Assembly: GCF_001194135.2 (NCBI RefSeq) | Contig: NC_068993.1 | Location: 39,830,047 to 39,894,046, forward strand | Reading direction: 5' to 3' | DNA: 64,000 bases | From: Octopus bimaculoides | Taxonomy: Eukaryota | Part shown: positions 11,191 to 22,835 of the stretch, piece after piece | Numbering within the stretch: position 1 is the stretch's first letter | Layout: the number at the start of each line of letters is the position of its first letter | The notes under the pieces: generated by a model | Databases searched by the model: none | The model's input: the letters and a program-made list of their open reading frames with translations, nothing else | Told to the model about the DNA's origin: nothing | Position numbers and translations under genes: made by a program

Positions 11191-11883
11191 CCTAAATTGT
11201 AATTGTTTGTCTCAAAAGTATAATTGTTTCCTTCTATACCATAAGGGCTTTGTAAGCAAAATGTAATTATTTTCCCCCTGTACTTCATAAAAAAATACTT
11301 GATTTATGTAGTCACTTTTTCTTCACCCGTGTATAAGGACCATTATATAGAAATATGTCCTGTTTCTCTTTAGGTCTGAGATTTCCTTTTCTCTGGCTAA
11401 TTCGACCGTTTGAAATATATACTTTCAGTAGAACGGTGGTTTGCAGAAAACATCTGATGGTATGATTTATTTTATTCTATTAACACTATACTTTACATAG
11501 ATTTCAGCATCAGATTTGAAAACCGCATTTTCCCTTTTAATATAGACCAGATGAAAAGTCTCTGATTTCATGCATTTGTATGTTTATTTCCGGATTGAGC
11601 TTAATACATATTTCCCAATGTCTCCTTTTATACGTTTTTCTATGTACCCACGCCTTTATACTTCAAGTAGATTTCTTATAGAAAACCGTTTGTAATCCTT
11701 TGTCTAATCTTACTGAAAGTTTAAGCAGGTTCAATAATACAATGTAATATATCCCTTATTTTAAATGAACAATACGGTTCGAATTTATTTGTCTATTATA
11801 TCTGTTGTATTCATACCGTTTTCATACTTACCCAGTGTGTCAGAAACCCATCATAAGAAGTATACTCTTCCGATTTATTTCTA

Positions 11884-11886
<3 letters not shown>

Positions 11887-11935
<49 letters not shown>

Positions 11936-11962
11936 TATTATTATTATTATTATTATTATTAT
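11887..11962. repeat. Palindromic trinucleotide microsatellite (AAT)n followed by (ATT)n
   Basis: About 16 AAT units switch to about 9 ATT units at ~11933; the two halves are reverse complements. Confidence 0.95.
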
Positions 11963-12316
11963 AAATTAATTTTTAGCGACAGAAGCAATAGGAATTTCAA
12001 ATGGTAGTCATTATATCTAACTCGACATGAATGTTGTTTTAGAACCACGGATACTGCGCTATTAGCCTTGAGAGATCCTCTCTTATAAGCGCTCGGTGTG
12101 CATAAAAGCATAAACGTAGATCGTCGCAGACGCGAACCGCCTGCTATGACTACCGGACTTCCCATATCACGGGATTTCATTCTACTGGCAATCATCACTG
12201 GGAGATGTCCAATCACCGCATGCCAATCAAGTGTCGCTTTTACAATTTATGGAATACCTGCATCCTTTCAGACTCTGATGTTAATAACGTAGTATTCGGT
12301 GCTCTAACAAGGTATC

Positions 12317-12318
<2 letters not shown>

Positions 12319-12405
<87 letters not shown>
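12319..12405. repeat. (ATT)n(AGT)n compound microsatellite abutting the R4/Dong-like 3' end
   Basis: Direct reading. Confidence 0.95.
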
Positions 12406-12406
<1 letters not shown>

Positions 12407-13325
12407 TTGAGTGAGAGAGCAGTGCATGACATGGTGATATATCAAGATAAACAATGCATGACCTCGCTGCTTCTCAATCACTACTTCTTCCCTCACTTTC
12501 TTTAACCATACTGCATCTCCGTTATGATTGACTGGTTTATCCCAAATATTACTCCAGAACCTTCTAGCTTCTTCTGTATTAGGTTTCTCATCTTCCGTAC
12601 TTCGTTCTCCACTGCTTATTTGGTTATAACATCTTATCAGGTCTGTCTCAAATAATCTATGCTGTTGGTACGGTTCTATTCGTTTCTAATATCAGAAGAA
12701 CTTGCCTATTACTGCTATGACACGCCATTTCAAATCCTTTTTCTTTGGCTAAATATCTTTTCTCGAGGAAAGTTTTGAATCCTGTGTTTCCTAACTTGTC
12801 CAGTTTCCAGGTTTCTATTCTACTCAGATCGTGTCTTAAAGTCTTCACTTTATTTTGTAGTCTCCTTTTCCACATTTGCTTTTCTTTAATCTTTCCCTGT
12901 GAGATATCTAATCTACTGGTGACTACTACCCCTCTGCATAGACCAATAAGATGATGACTTCTATATTTTAGTATCTATCCTCCTGATAGCAGAATCTACT
13001 TTTCTAGTCATTTCTTGTAACTTCCTTATATTGATGTCTTTTAATGCTGGCAATTTTTTCTTTACTTCTTTATTCATTTTTTTCCTGCAACTCATCGAAA
13101 ATCTTATGATCTTCCTCACTTAAATCACTGTCGTTGGTGTCAGTTGATCTTTTCTTATTGTTAGCGCTATTATTATTTTTTTTTCTTTAAGTTCTTCTTT
13201 GGTTTGAGCTGTATCTCTGATGTTGTTGTTTGTCTTTCCCAGTACCAGGTCTTTCTTTTACAGTTCTCTTGTGACCTCTTCTACCTTCAATTGTGTCATC
13301 CGCTTTCTTCTCCTAATAACACGGT
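12405..13325 (-). mobile_element. R4/Dong-clade non-LTR retrotransposon remnant (pre-RT part of ORF plus putative 3' terminus; RT and endonuclease absent)
   Basis: Broken minus-strand frames read RVIRRRKRMTQLKVEEVTRE, LPALKDINIRKLQEMTRKVDSAIRRI, GVVVTSRLDI, WKRRLQNKVKTLRHDLSRIETWK..LEKRYLAKEKGF and RYQQHRLFETD..YNQI..PNTEEARRFWSNIWDKPVNHNGDAVWLKKVREEV. These match the conserved pre-RT blocks of R4/Dong/Rex6 ORFs as I recall them (WKRRL...DLS, Y.QNRLF..D...FY, FW..IW.....HN..A.W). The element ends ...gcactgctctctcactc(AAT/ACT)n. Confidence 0.82.
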
Positions 13326-13484
13326 TAACAGCGACGTAAACAAACAAATTTTAATGAGCGAAAGTAGTATTCTGTACAGTATAGAACGGAACTGTTAGAG
13401 GTTCTTTCGTTATCGTTGTTAAACATACAGAGGAAATGACCAAGTAAAACTTAAATGAGAAAAGATCTATGTGGCAGGGTTGTA

Positions 13485-14012
13485 ACCAAGCAAATTACAG
13501 CATCAGCAACAAAAAGAGCAATCACAATAATAGCAACAACTACAACTCATGGAACAATGACAGAAGAAGTAGGAACAGCAAATCAATAGTAAGAATACCG
13601 ACCAGAAGGACACTAACGCCGAAAATCAATGCCAAGAACAAGAACGAAGGCAAGGACAGCAGTTATAAGGATATAAGCGACAGCGACAATAACAGCAAGA
13701 ACAGCATCAACAAGTGTAACGATGCCAACGATGACGACTGGAAGCAATGTAAATAAATAACAGCAACAGTAACAGCAACATCAGGAATACTAACAGCCAC
13801 GATAACAACATTAACACCAATCACAACAACAACAAAAATAAAGTCTGTATTAACAACAACAACAACAACAACAGCAGCAGCAACAACAACAATACACATG
13901 CAAATAACAGCAACATCATCATCATCAAAAACAGTAACAGCAAATTATCTAGATTTAATGGCCTGTATAATGAGCTATTCAACAAGTAATCGTATCTGGC
14001 TGCTGCTGCTAT

Positions 14013-14064
<52 letters not shown>

Positions 14065-14065
14065 G

Positions 14066-14121
<56 letters not shown>
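13485..14121 (+). repeat. Cryptic trinucleotide (AAC/AGC/AAT/GAC) low-complexity tract ending in (ACT)n
   Basis: 3-bp periodicity throughout (aacaacaacagcagcagcaacaac...), then (GCT)(ATT)(ACT)n running into the gap at 14122. Confidence 0.85.
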
Positions 14122-14719
14122 NNNNNNNNNNNNNNNNNNNNNNNNNNNNNNNNNNNNNNNNNNNNNNNNNNNNNNNNNNNNNNNNNNNNNNNNNNNNNNN
14201 NNNNNNNNNNNNNNNNNNNNNNNNNNNNNNNNNNNNNNNNNNNNNNNNNNNNNNNNNNNNNNNNNNNNNNNNNNNNNNNNNNNNNNNNNNNNNNNNNNNN
14301 NNNNNNNNNNNNNNNNNNNNNNNNNNNNNNNNNNNNNNNNNNNNNNNNNNNNNNNNNNNNNNNNNNNNNNNNNNNNNNNNNNNNNNNNNNNNNNNNNNNN
14401 NNNNNNNNNNNNNNNNNTATAAAAGCAGAACTTTATACCAATAATGCACAAAAAAGGAAAAAAGAAAAAGTGTAAAATATTCTCGTCATTAGCTGATATA
14501 ATTACATTCTCTTATGCGTCGGTATACATATACATATGGATATGTAAGCAAATACATACATACATGCATACATACATACATACATACATGCTTACGTACA
14601 TACACATATACGTACATATATATGTGTGTGTGTGTACACCTACTGTGTAGCGTACACTATACTTCAATGAGCATACCATTTTATGCATCCGTGTGTATAT
14701 TTATAAATACGTTGATATA

Positions 14720-14757
<38 letters not shown>

Positions 14758-14767
14758 NNNNNNNNNN

Positions 14768-14808
<41 letters not shown>

Positions 14809-15789
14809 CTATATATATATATAAATGCTTATACCCATATCTATATAAATGCACACACACACATAATATTTATACACGTACACATATGCATAAGTATTTA
14901 ATGCTTTATACATTAACACATACATAGATGTGTGTGTGTGCGTGTGCGTGTGTGCGTGCATGTGTGCCTGTGTGAATCATAAATATACTCTTAGGATTTA
15001 GGTGGAAGTGATACATGACATTTAGAAGCACTAACTCTGTCAAAAATAGAATAGTGCCTTCAATCTGATTTGAAACTTCTTGCATACTGAGTTATCTCTT
15101 ACACAAAATAACACTTTCCATCATCTTCTGTCACTTTCAGAATAATGTATCTAATTGTGTTTCAGATAACACTGTTATTTTACGACCTATCACATGAGAA
15201 TCACAGATATATTCTTTGACGTCTACCCTTCCAGCCCGTAAGCTATTGTACTATTACTGTCAATTTTAGTGAAGCATCACATTTAAATTTGATGTTTGAT
15301 GACTAAAATTTACTCTATAGCTTTTGTAGATTTTTCTATCTGGGGCACTTTTGTAGATTTTTCTATCTAGGGCAAATAGCCTCATTGTCTAACAGGGCAA
15401 CTCATCTAGTCACTTGGCCAATTATATGTAACCAGCATAGCTTAAAATGTGCTTTTGGTTGTATCAAAATAATCACTTTAGTGCCAGTGGTACGTTGAAT
15501 CAAGACATACACGTTTTGTTTTCTCGATAATAAATGCTACCCCTTAAAGTTTTGACTGTATGAACTTCCCTAATCAGTCGGACCTCAGAGATGTCAACCG
15601 ACACTACCCTTAGCAGCAAGTGTCAGAAACCGTTAAACAAACGATATTCTACCAAGTATATCCTTTCTTCTAAAGCATCCATGTAATCTTATCCCAAAAC
15701 AACACAAATTCCAAAATATTTCACTTCCTGCTTTATTTCATCTGCATACTCCTGGAATACATCTAATAATACAGGAAAAAAACTGGCGA

Positions 15790-16030
15790 TCCTTCGGTTA
15801 CGATAACGGAGGTAGGTTCCAGTTGATCCGATCAACAGAACATCCAGCTCATGGAATCAATGTGTATGTGGCTGAGCACTCTAGATACACGTCCCCTTAA
15901 CGTAGTTCTCACGGAGATTCAGTATGACACAGAATGTGACAGGGATGGCTTTTGAATTACAGGTACACCCTACTTTTGCCAGCTGAACTCACGACCTTAC
16001 GATCATAAGCCGAATACCTTAAACTCTCAT
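15790..16030 (-). mobile_element. SINE family D-related copy, decayed and deleted
   Basis: ggttccagttgatccgatcaacagaaca...gtggctgagcactctagatacacgtccccttaacgtagttctc...attcagtatgacacagaatgtgaca...tttgaattacaggtaca is colinear with 62040-62210. Confidence 0.8.
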
Positions 16031-16891
16031 CCACGCACCTTCACAACAACGCAAGAAGGTTTGCCTTATATCACATTATAAGATACGTATCAGTTAACTG
16101 CCTCATCAATGCCTCTATGATTAACATTGCGAAAGCAATAAATACTTTCGTTGATAACATGACCTGAATTCTTTTTCGCTCCTCAAATTGCATCTGAAAC
16201 TTCTCCACTTTGCCAAGAGGTCTGCTACTAACTAAGCTGAAGGCTATCTAACCATTACTTCTCATTCTCAATAAAAGTGAAACCTTACGCAACATTCTTA
16301 ACGATAAAGCCACTATATTTTGCTGCTGGGGTGTTTTATACCTCAATACTGTATCTAAACAGACAATAAAACTCTCTCAAGCGCCATCACGAAGAAACAG
16401 AGTCCTCTTTTACTTTTGAAAATAGTTCAACCCTGATCTGGTGACTGGCACTCTAGAAAATGTATAAAACACACTAGATTATTGATCAAGGTTTTTAAAC
16501 AGTATTTTTGCACACATACACACACACACACACACACAAACATCCAAGAGAAATTCACTAAATATCACTAAGTTTATTGTCAAACAATCTGTCGTTATAA
16601 ACACATTACAACCTCTGTTACAGAAACGCGTCTTTTTATTCTCTTCACCATTTCAACCGAATCTTCATTCTTTCCTCTCGTCAACCGATAAATTTGCTCT
16701 TTTTTTTGTTTGTCATCTTCACTGTATTCTCGTCTTACATCGCTCTATACACTTTACCTAATCATTGCATCCTACAATTTAGTACATTTTGGTATGGCAA
16801 GAGAGCATTGAACAGAGCCCACATTTTCTCATTACACTATAAAGTCATACAAAGGTCATGGATGTCGCTCTTTCTCTCTGAGTAATTCATG

Positions 16892-16922
<31 letters not shown>

Positions 16923-17182
16923 NNNNNNNNNNNNNNNNNNNNNNNNNNNNNNNNNNNNNNNNNNNNNNNNNNNNNNNNNNNNNNNNNNNNNNNNNNNNNN
17001 NNNNNNNNNNNNNNNNNNNNNNNNNNNNNNNNNNNNNNNNNNNNNNNNNNNNNNNNNNNNNNNNNNNNNNNNNNNNNNNNNNNNNNNNNNNNNNNNNNNN
17101 NNNNNNNNNNNNNNNNNNNNNNNNNNNNNNNNNNNNNNNNNNNNNNNNNNNNNNNNNNNNNNNNNNNNNNNNNNNNNNNNNN

Positions 17183-17221
<39 letters not shown>

Positions 17222-18662
17222 CATGCGCATGCACAGACATTAGTGTATATTATCTAACCAGCCTATTTTTAACTGTATCTGTTAGCACTAGTTATAAGTA
17301 TCTTCAACGTGTTCGGTGAATTCATATAGGTTCTGCCTCTATAGAAACCCAAATGACGTTATGAGTTACATGAATGAAAGTTTCCAGTCATTACAACACA
17401 GTAGAGAGCATTAGTAGAAGCGTATATAACTGTGTGTAGGAGCATATTGAATCTATCTGCACCTCAATGAAAATTAAAAAAACATCTCACTAATCAGTTA
17501 AACCTAGAAAAAGAAGTATCATCTTGTCTAACATACACTAGTGACACATGAGTGAAGCTTGTAACAGAAAATACTTTTAAAATTAGACGCGCACCAAATA
17601 CTCACTTCTTAAAGGAAAAAAACAAAATTAGTCTAAATTAATTTCAGTTTCTATTTAGAACTTCTAAGAATTGAATAGCAAGATAACTATAAGCTGCAGC
17701 CCTATATTCTTCTGTAAAATTCAAAATTGTTCCCGGTAGAGAGGTCGGTAGCCCCTACAATATGATCCAAGATGGTCTAACGTTATCAGTATGCTAAATA
17801 AAAACAGGACGCTACCGTTTGAGGCGTCGACTCACGTGAACAAATAATTATCTTTTATATATATTGTTTATCTGCTTCACACACCGAATACGTGACAAAA
17901 AACTTGAACATTTTTTATAAACACCAGTGCTGTTACTGCCCAAGCCACCTACTAGAGATACGTTGTTTTATGACCTGACCAAATACTGATTGCTAAAACT
18001 CGAATAATTCAACTTACCCATTACCATCTTAGATTTCACGAATCGCAATAAATTTTTTGTCCATTCTTGTGTCGTTTGATGAGTGCACATCGCAAAAAAC
18101 TGAATTGAAACAGAGACTGTCAGCAGCTTTAAATATATATANNNNNNNNNNNNNNNNNNNNNNNNNNNNNNNNNNNNNNNNNNNNNNNNNNNNNNNNNNN
18201 NNNNNNNNNNNNNNNNNNNNNNNNNNNNNNNNNNNNNNNNNNNNNNNNNNNNNNNNNNNNNNNNNNNNNNNNNNNNNNNNNNNNNNNNNNNNNNNNNNNN
18301 NNNNNNNNNNNNNNNNNNNNNNNNNNNNNNNNNNNNNNNNNNNNNNNNNNNNNNNNNNNNNNNNNNNNNNNNNNNNNNNNNNNNNNNNNNNNNNNNNNNN
18401 NNNNNNNNNNNNNNNNNNNNNNNNNNNNNNNNNNNNNNNNNNNNNNNNNNNNNNNNNNNNNNNNNNNNNNNNNNNNNNNNNNNNNNNNNNNNNNNNNNNN
18501 NNNNNNNNNNNNNNNNNNNNNNNNNNNNNNNNNNNNNNNNNNNNNNNNNNNNNNNNNNNNNNNNNNNNNNNNNNNNNNNNNNNNNNNNNNNNNNNNNNNN
18601 NNNNNNNNNNNNNNNNNNNNNNNNNNNNNNNNNNNNNNNNNNNNNNNNNNNNNNNNNNNNNN

Positions 18663-18693
<31 letters not shown>

Positions 18694-20044
18694 ATATCTC
18701 TATCTCTCTCTCTCCATCACCTCCTCTTTCTCTCATTTAACGTTATCTCAGGAAATGAAACTAAATGTCTTCAAAGCTTTTCTAAACTTCATGTCACAAA
18801 AGATCTGATTTGTAACATATCGACGCCTTTCTTCTATCTTCTATCATTCTACCATCCGCAAGAATAAGCAGTGTTTGATGGCACGTTAACTACTGCATCA
18901 CCAGCACAATGTTTATTCATTTCAATTTCTGTACGTCTCACTCTTTCTTTATCCTCCTAACACCCTCCTCCTCCATCTCTGCCATATGATAGTCTGTTAA
19001 GAGACAAACATTTTATTCTCGCAGTAGTTAACTAGGAAATATCTTTCCTGAAATTATTGTTGCCTGCAAGTGTGAAAATTAGCTGATACATACATACATA
19101 CATACATACATGCATACATAAGTATATGTATACATAGATATATATGGATGGATATGCATAGATAATATATATATATATACATATGGATGTGTGTGCTTGT
19201 ATACATGTATGTGTATATGTGTATATGTATGTATTTTACTTCTATTTTCTTTTTTAAAGAAAGATCGGAAATAAATTGGATTTGAAGCTTTTAAAAACAG
19301 GAACGCTGGCAAAATAATAGAAAACAAATCTAGGAACGGAAGTAATGCAAAAGAAAAGGAAATGAAAACCGCTGTTGAAGAAACGAGACAATATTACCGG
19401 AAGCAATATATAAATGGCGAACCGCCTTCTAATTACTTTTCGATAAATTATTCTGCCATATTGGAAGTAGCAGAGAACTAAATATGTTGGCATCCCTTGC
19501 TAAAATTTTTATATCTTAAACCCATAAATTTTTTTTTTAATACGTGGTGTGTTTAACTTTCAGTGATAAGTTTACAATGAAAGTTAATATGCAAACATGT
19601 TCATAATAAAGCGAAAGATTTGCATGGAACATTTAAGTATTGTTAATAATATTATTATCAATATTAGTATTGTTGGTGACGTTCGATTAAACCCAGCCAC
19701 ATTCCCAGCATCCAGAATATCAATTCCTTCTAGGACTTCATTCAAGTGCAAGAGAGGTAACATAAGTTAAACACAGAAGGGAACTGGTAAAAGAAGGCAC
19801 GCCGAGGGAAAATATTCAATTTAAAAAAGTGATGCTACCGCTGCCATTATGTACATATATATATATATATATATATANNNNNNNNNNNNNNNNNNNNNNN
19901 NNNNNNNNNNNNNNNNNNNNNNNNNNNNNNNNNNNNNNNNNNNNNNNNNNNNNNNNNNNNNNNNNNNNNNNNNNNNNNNNNNNNNNNNNNNNNNNNNNNN
20001 NNNNNNNNNNNNNNNNNNNNNNNNNNNNNNNNNNNNNNNNNNNN

Positions 20045-20198
20045 CAGCAATTGAGTCGATTACATTGACTCAACTAGTGCTTACTTTTATCGATACGTAG
20101 AGGCTAGAAGGCAAAGTTTACGTCGGTGGAATTTGAACATAGAGTGTAAAGAAACGGAAGAAAATGCCGTTTATTATTTCATCCGACGCGCTAATGAG
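20045..20198 (-). mobile_element. SINE family A, reverse
   Basis: gagtcgattacattgactcaactagtgcttacttttatcgat...gaaggcaaagtttacgtcggtggaatttgaacatagagtgtaaag...aaatgccg...ccgacgcgctaa. Confidence 0.75.
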
Positions 20199-20276
20199 GT
20201 TTACAGCGCATCGGTATAATCGCTACAAAATGATACATTTCCATTTACTAAAGACGGAATAATAATAAGTCATGAA

Positions 20277-20315
<39 letters not shown>

Positions 20316-20514
20316 GTGTGTGAAGCGATATATTTCATGCCCTTAACTGATTCAGGTACATATAGTAAGGGACTATGAGCTGTGAATTAGAAGTGTTTTA
20401 TCTAGGAATTGATTTAACTTACCTCTAATTATATGGAGATTCTGAAGCTACTTTTTAGCCCCGAAGGACCATACCTGACTACAAGGCATATTAGATTTCA
20501 TCGTTAGTTTGTAT

Positions 20515-20728
20515 TAAAGCAGCAACCTGGCAGAATAACCACAGTGTCGGGCAAAATGCATAGCAGAATTTCTTCGTAACGTTTTGAGTTCAAATATGTC
20601 GAAGTCAAATTTTACTTTCACCTTTTAAGGGTCGATAAAATAAGGACCAGTCAATTTCTGGTTTCTATATAATCGATTTTCCGCCTCCCTACAAAATTAC
20701 TAGCTTTGTTCCAAAATTAGGAAGATTA
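20515..20728 (+). mobile_element. SINE family A, decayed
   Basis: aaagcagcaacctggcagaat...gtcgggcaaaatgcatagcag...ttttgagttcaaat...ttttactttcaccttttaagggtcgataaaataaggaccagtc...ccaaaattaggaagattat. Confidence 0.75.
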
Positions 20729-20864
20729 TCACTTTGTATTTAGTAGTTCCCGCCAACTATGGTTTTGTCAGATTATAACATGCAGTATGAAGATCATCGT
20801 ATATCAGTTGATAACAGAAATTTTTATGTTTTGCGAAGAAACATAGCCTATGTATTAGAATATT

Positions 20865-21035
20865 AGATTCACGATGGTGAAATCATAATTTCGATTCCCG
20901 GTCGGGGATGGCACGTCACATTTTTGAGTAAAATATTCCTTGTACATTGCTTCAATCTACTCTGTTGAAAATTGATACCAGTAATAGTTGTGTATTAAGG
21001 CTGCGACGAACTGATGTCCAGTTTAGTGAAAAGTA
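20865..21035 (+). mobile_element. SINE family C-like copy, decayed
   Basis: ttcgattcccggtcggg (B-box)...tttgagtaaaatatt...cattgcttcaatctactc...gctgcgacgaactgatgtccagt parallels 23810-23945. Confidence 0.55.
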
Positions 21036-22764
21036 CTGTAATCTTAGAACATGTATACGCCATGAGAAATGGGATAAACACCGGTCCAGAGAACCTGTGA
21101 TAGACATGTAATAGGCCTAAGGTCTTTGTTATTGTTTATCACTGGTCAAATGTTATGCATATAATTTTAAATCTCATCAGTTTTTATTTCTGAAAATTGT
21201 AGGTCATAATAACACTTCTCTCATAAACTTAATCATCAGTGCATTAATTATCACGTTTAGCTGAATACCACGCCGCACAAACCGTAGTAGAATGTAGCTA
21301 AAGGCTTAATAATATGAAGAAACACAGCTTCTATGAATTATTTTCAGTTCCTCCCGGACGGATTGAAAGAAGTGTAAAAGTTATCGTTATGGTGAAGTCG
21401 TGGCTCAAATGCATGTAAGAATGGAATCTACTGAAGAAACTTAGACACTATGTGCGTGGTTGTTAAACTGAGAGACGGATTAAGCCTACCTTCCATGTTT
21501 GAAACAGTTTTAATATTTGATTCATTACATTTAATTCAAACAATGTAGTGGGTTATCAATCTAGAATCCTTACTAGTGTTTAACTCACATTCTTTAGCTC
21601 CTGAATTTTCATGTCTCGGAGGTCATCTCCGTCTTTCAATCCACCTGACAATGTTATACATTTCCTCTGACAAGATTTTGTGTAGCCTTGTACGAATATA
21701 GAAGAGTATTGTGAAAGGAAAACACGATTAAAATGAAGCAAGCCATAAGTTATAAGCTTATGTAAGGACGTCAAAAATTCCACATAGAACAGTTAAAACA
21801 TGAGGCAAAAAGATTATTTGCATTAAAATTTGTAGCAAAGAATTATTTGAATCTTTCAGAATTTCTTTTTTCTTTATTATATAATTTCTATTAAATTCTT
21901 TCGAGAATGAAGAACTGTAAAGGAATTATTCTAAAATGTATTTATTTTTCAAACTGTTTGTTTATATAACATGTTATTCATTTCAAAATCTATTTCGAAA
22001 TGAAAACAGTAGTTGTTGTCAGAAGATGGTGAATGGTTTACAAACAAAACTCACTTTTGTCAAAGATTTTCGTTTATTCATACCCAGCTTCACTGCAGCC
22101 ATGTTTTTACTCAGAATTCAAAACAGTGATAGAAGTGTTCATTCACATTGCTGCAGTGAATTCTCGACTCGGTTGGGTTTAGAAGAAGCCTGTTTTATTT
22201 ACCATCAACCACTGATAATCTAGAAGCTCTTTTGTGGTTACTTACGTCATAAGATTTCTGATATTAATCTTACAAATACAAATAGTTAATGCTTTCTTTT
22301 TACTGGAAAAGTTTTTATCTTTTGTATTTCTCTCTTGAATTTCCTTTCCTTTTTTTCAGTCTTTTATGTTTTTAGATGTAATTTTTCTTGAAATTTTTGC
22401 TTTTTAAAACTTTTTTTTTTAACAGTAGTCTAATTAAACCAAAAACTTATATTATTTCTTGTATTATTTTTGGCTTTTCAATTGCCTGGCTTAACAATAA
22501 CACTTGTGACAAGTAATGACCTGCACCACCCTGCTTCGATACAGAATTAATGTCTGTGTCCATCCTAACAGATGCTAAAACCATAAATTGCCAAACAGTT
22601 TCTCGAGTGATAAATTAAAATTTCGATAGGACAAATAAGATACAGTTCTAACATTTAGGGAGAAACAACAAGAAAACAAGCAGCCATTAAATGACATGTA
22701 CACAATTTTTACAAACACATTTTTACATAAATATTATATATATGTCATTATATATTTATCACAT

Positions 22765-22835
22765 AAATATATATACATATTATTGTTTCCTGTAAAATAT
22801 ATATACATATTATTGTTTCCTGTAAAATATATATA
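22765..22835 (+). repeat. 30-bp tandem duplication
   Basis: atatacatattattgtttcctgtaaaatat occurs at 22771 and 22801. Confidence 0.9.

Noticed and set aside
11832-11880. 49-nt minus-strand micro-exon candidate (NKSEEYTSYDGFLTHW, TGG|GTAAGT donor)
   Set aside because: The acceptor comes from the (ATT)n microsatellite, and the phase is incompatible with the other candidate exons; weak on its own.
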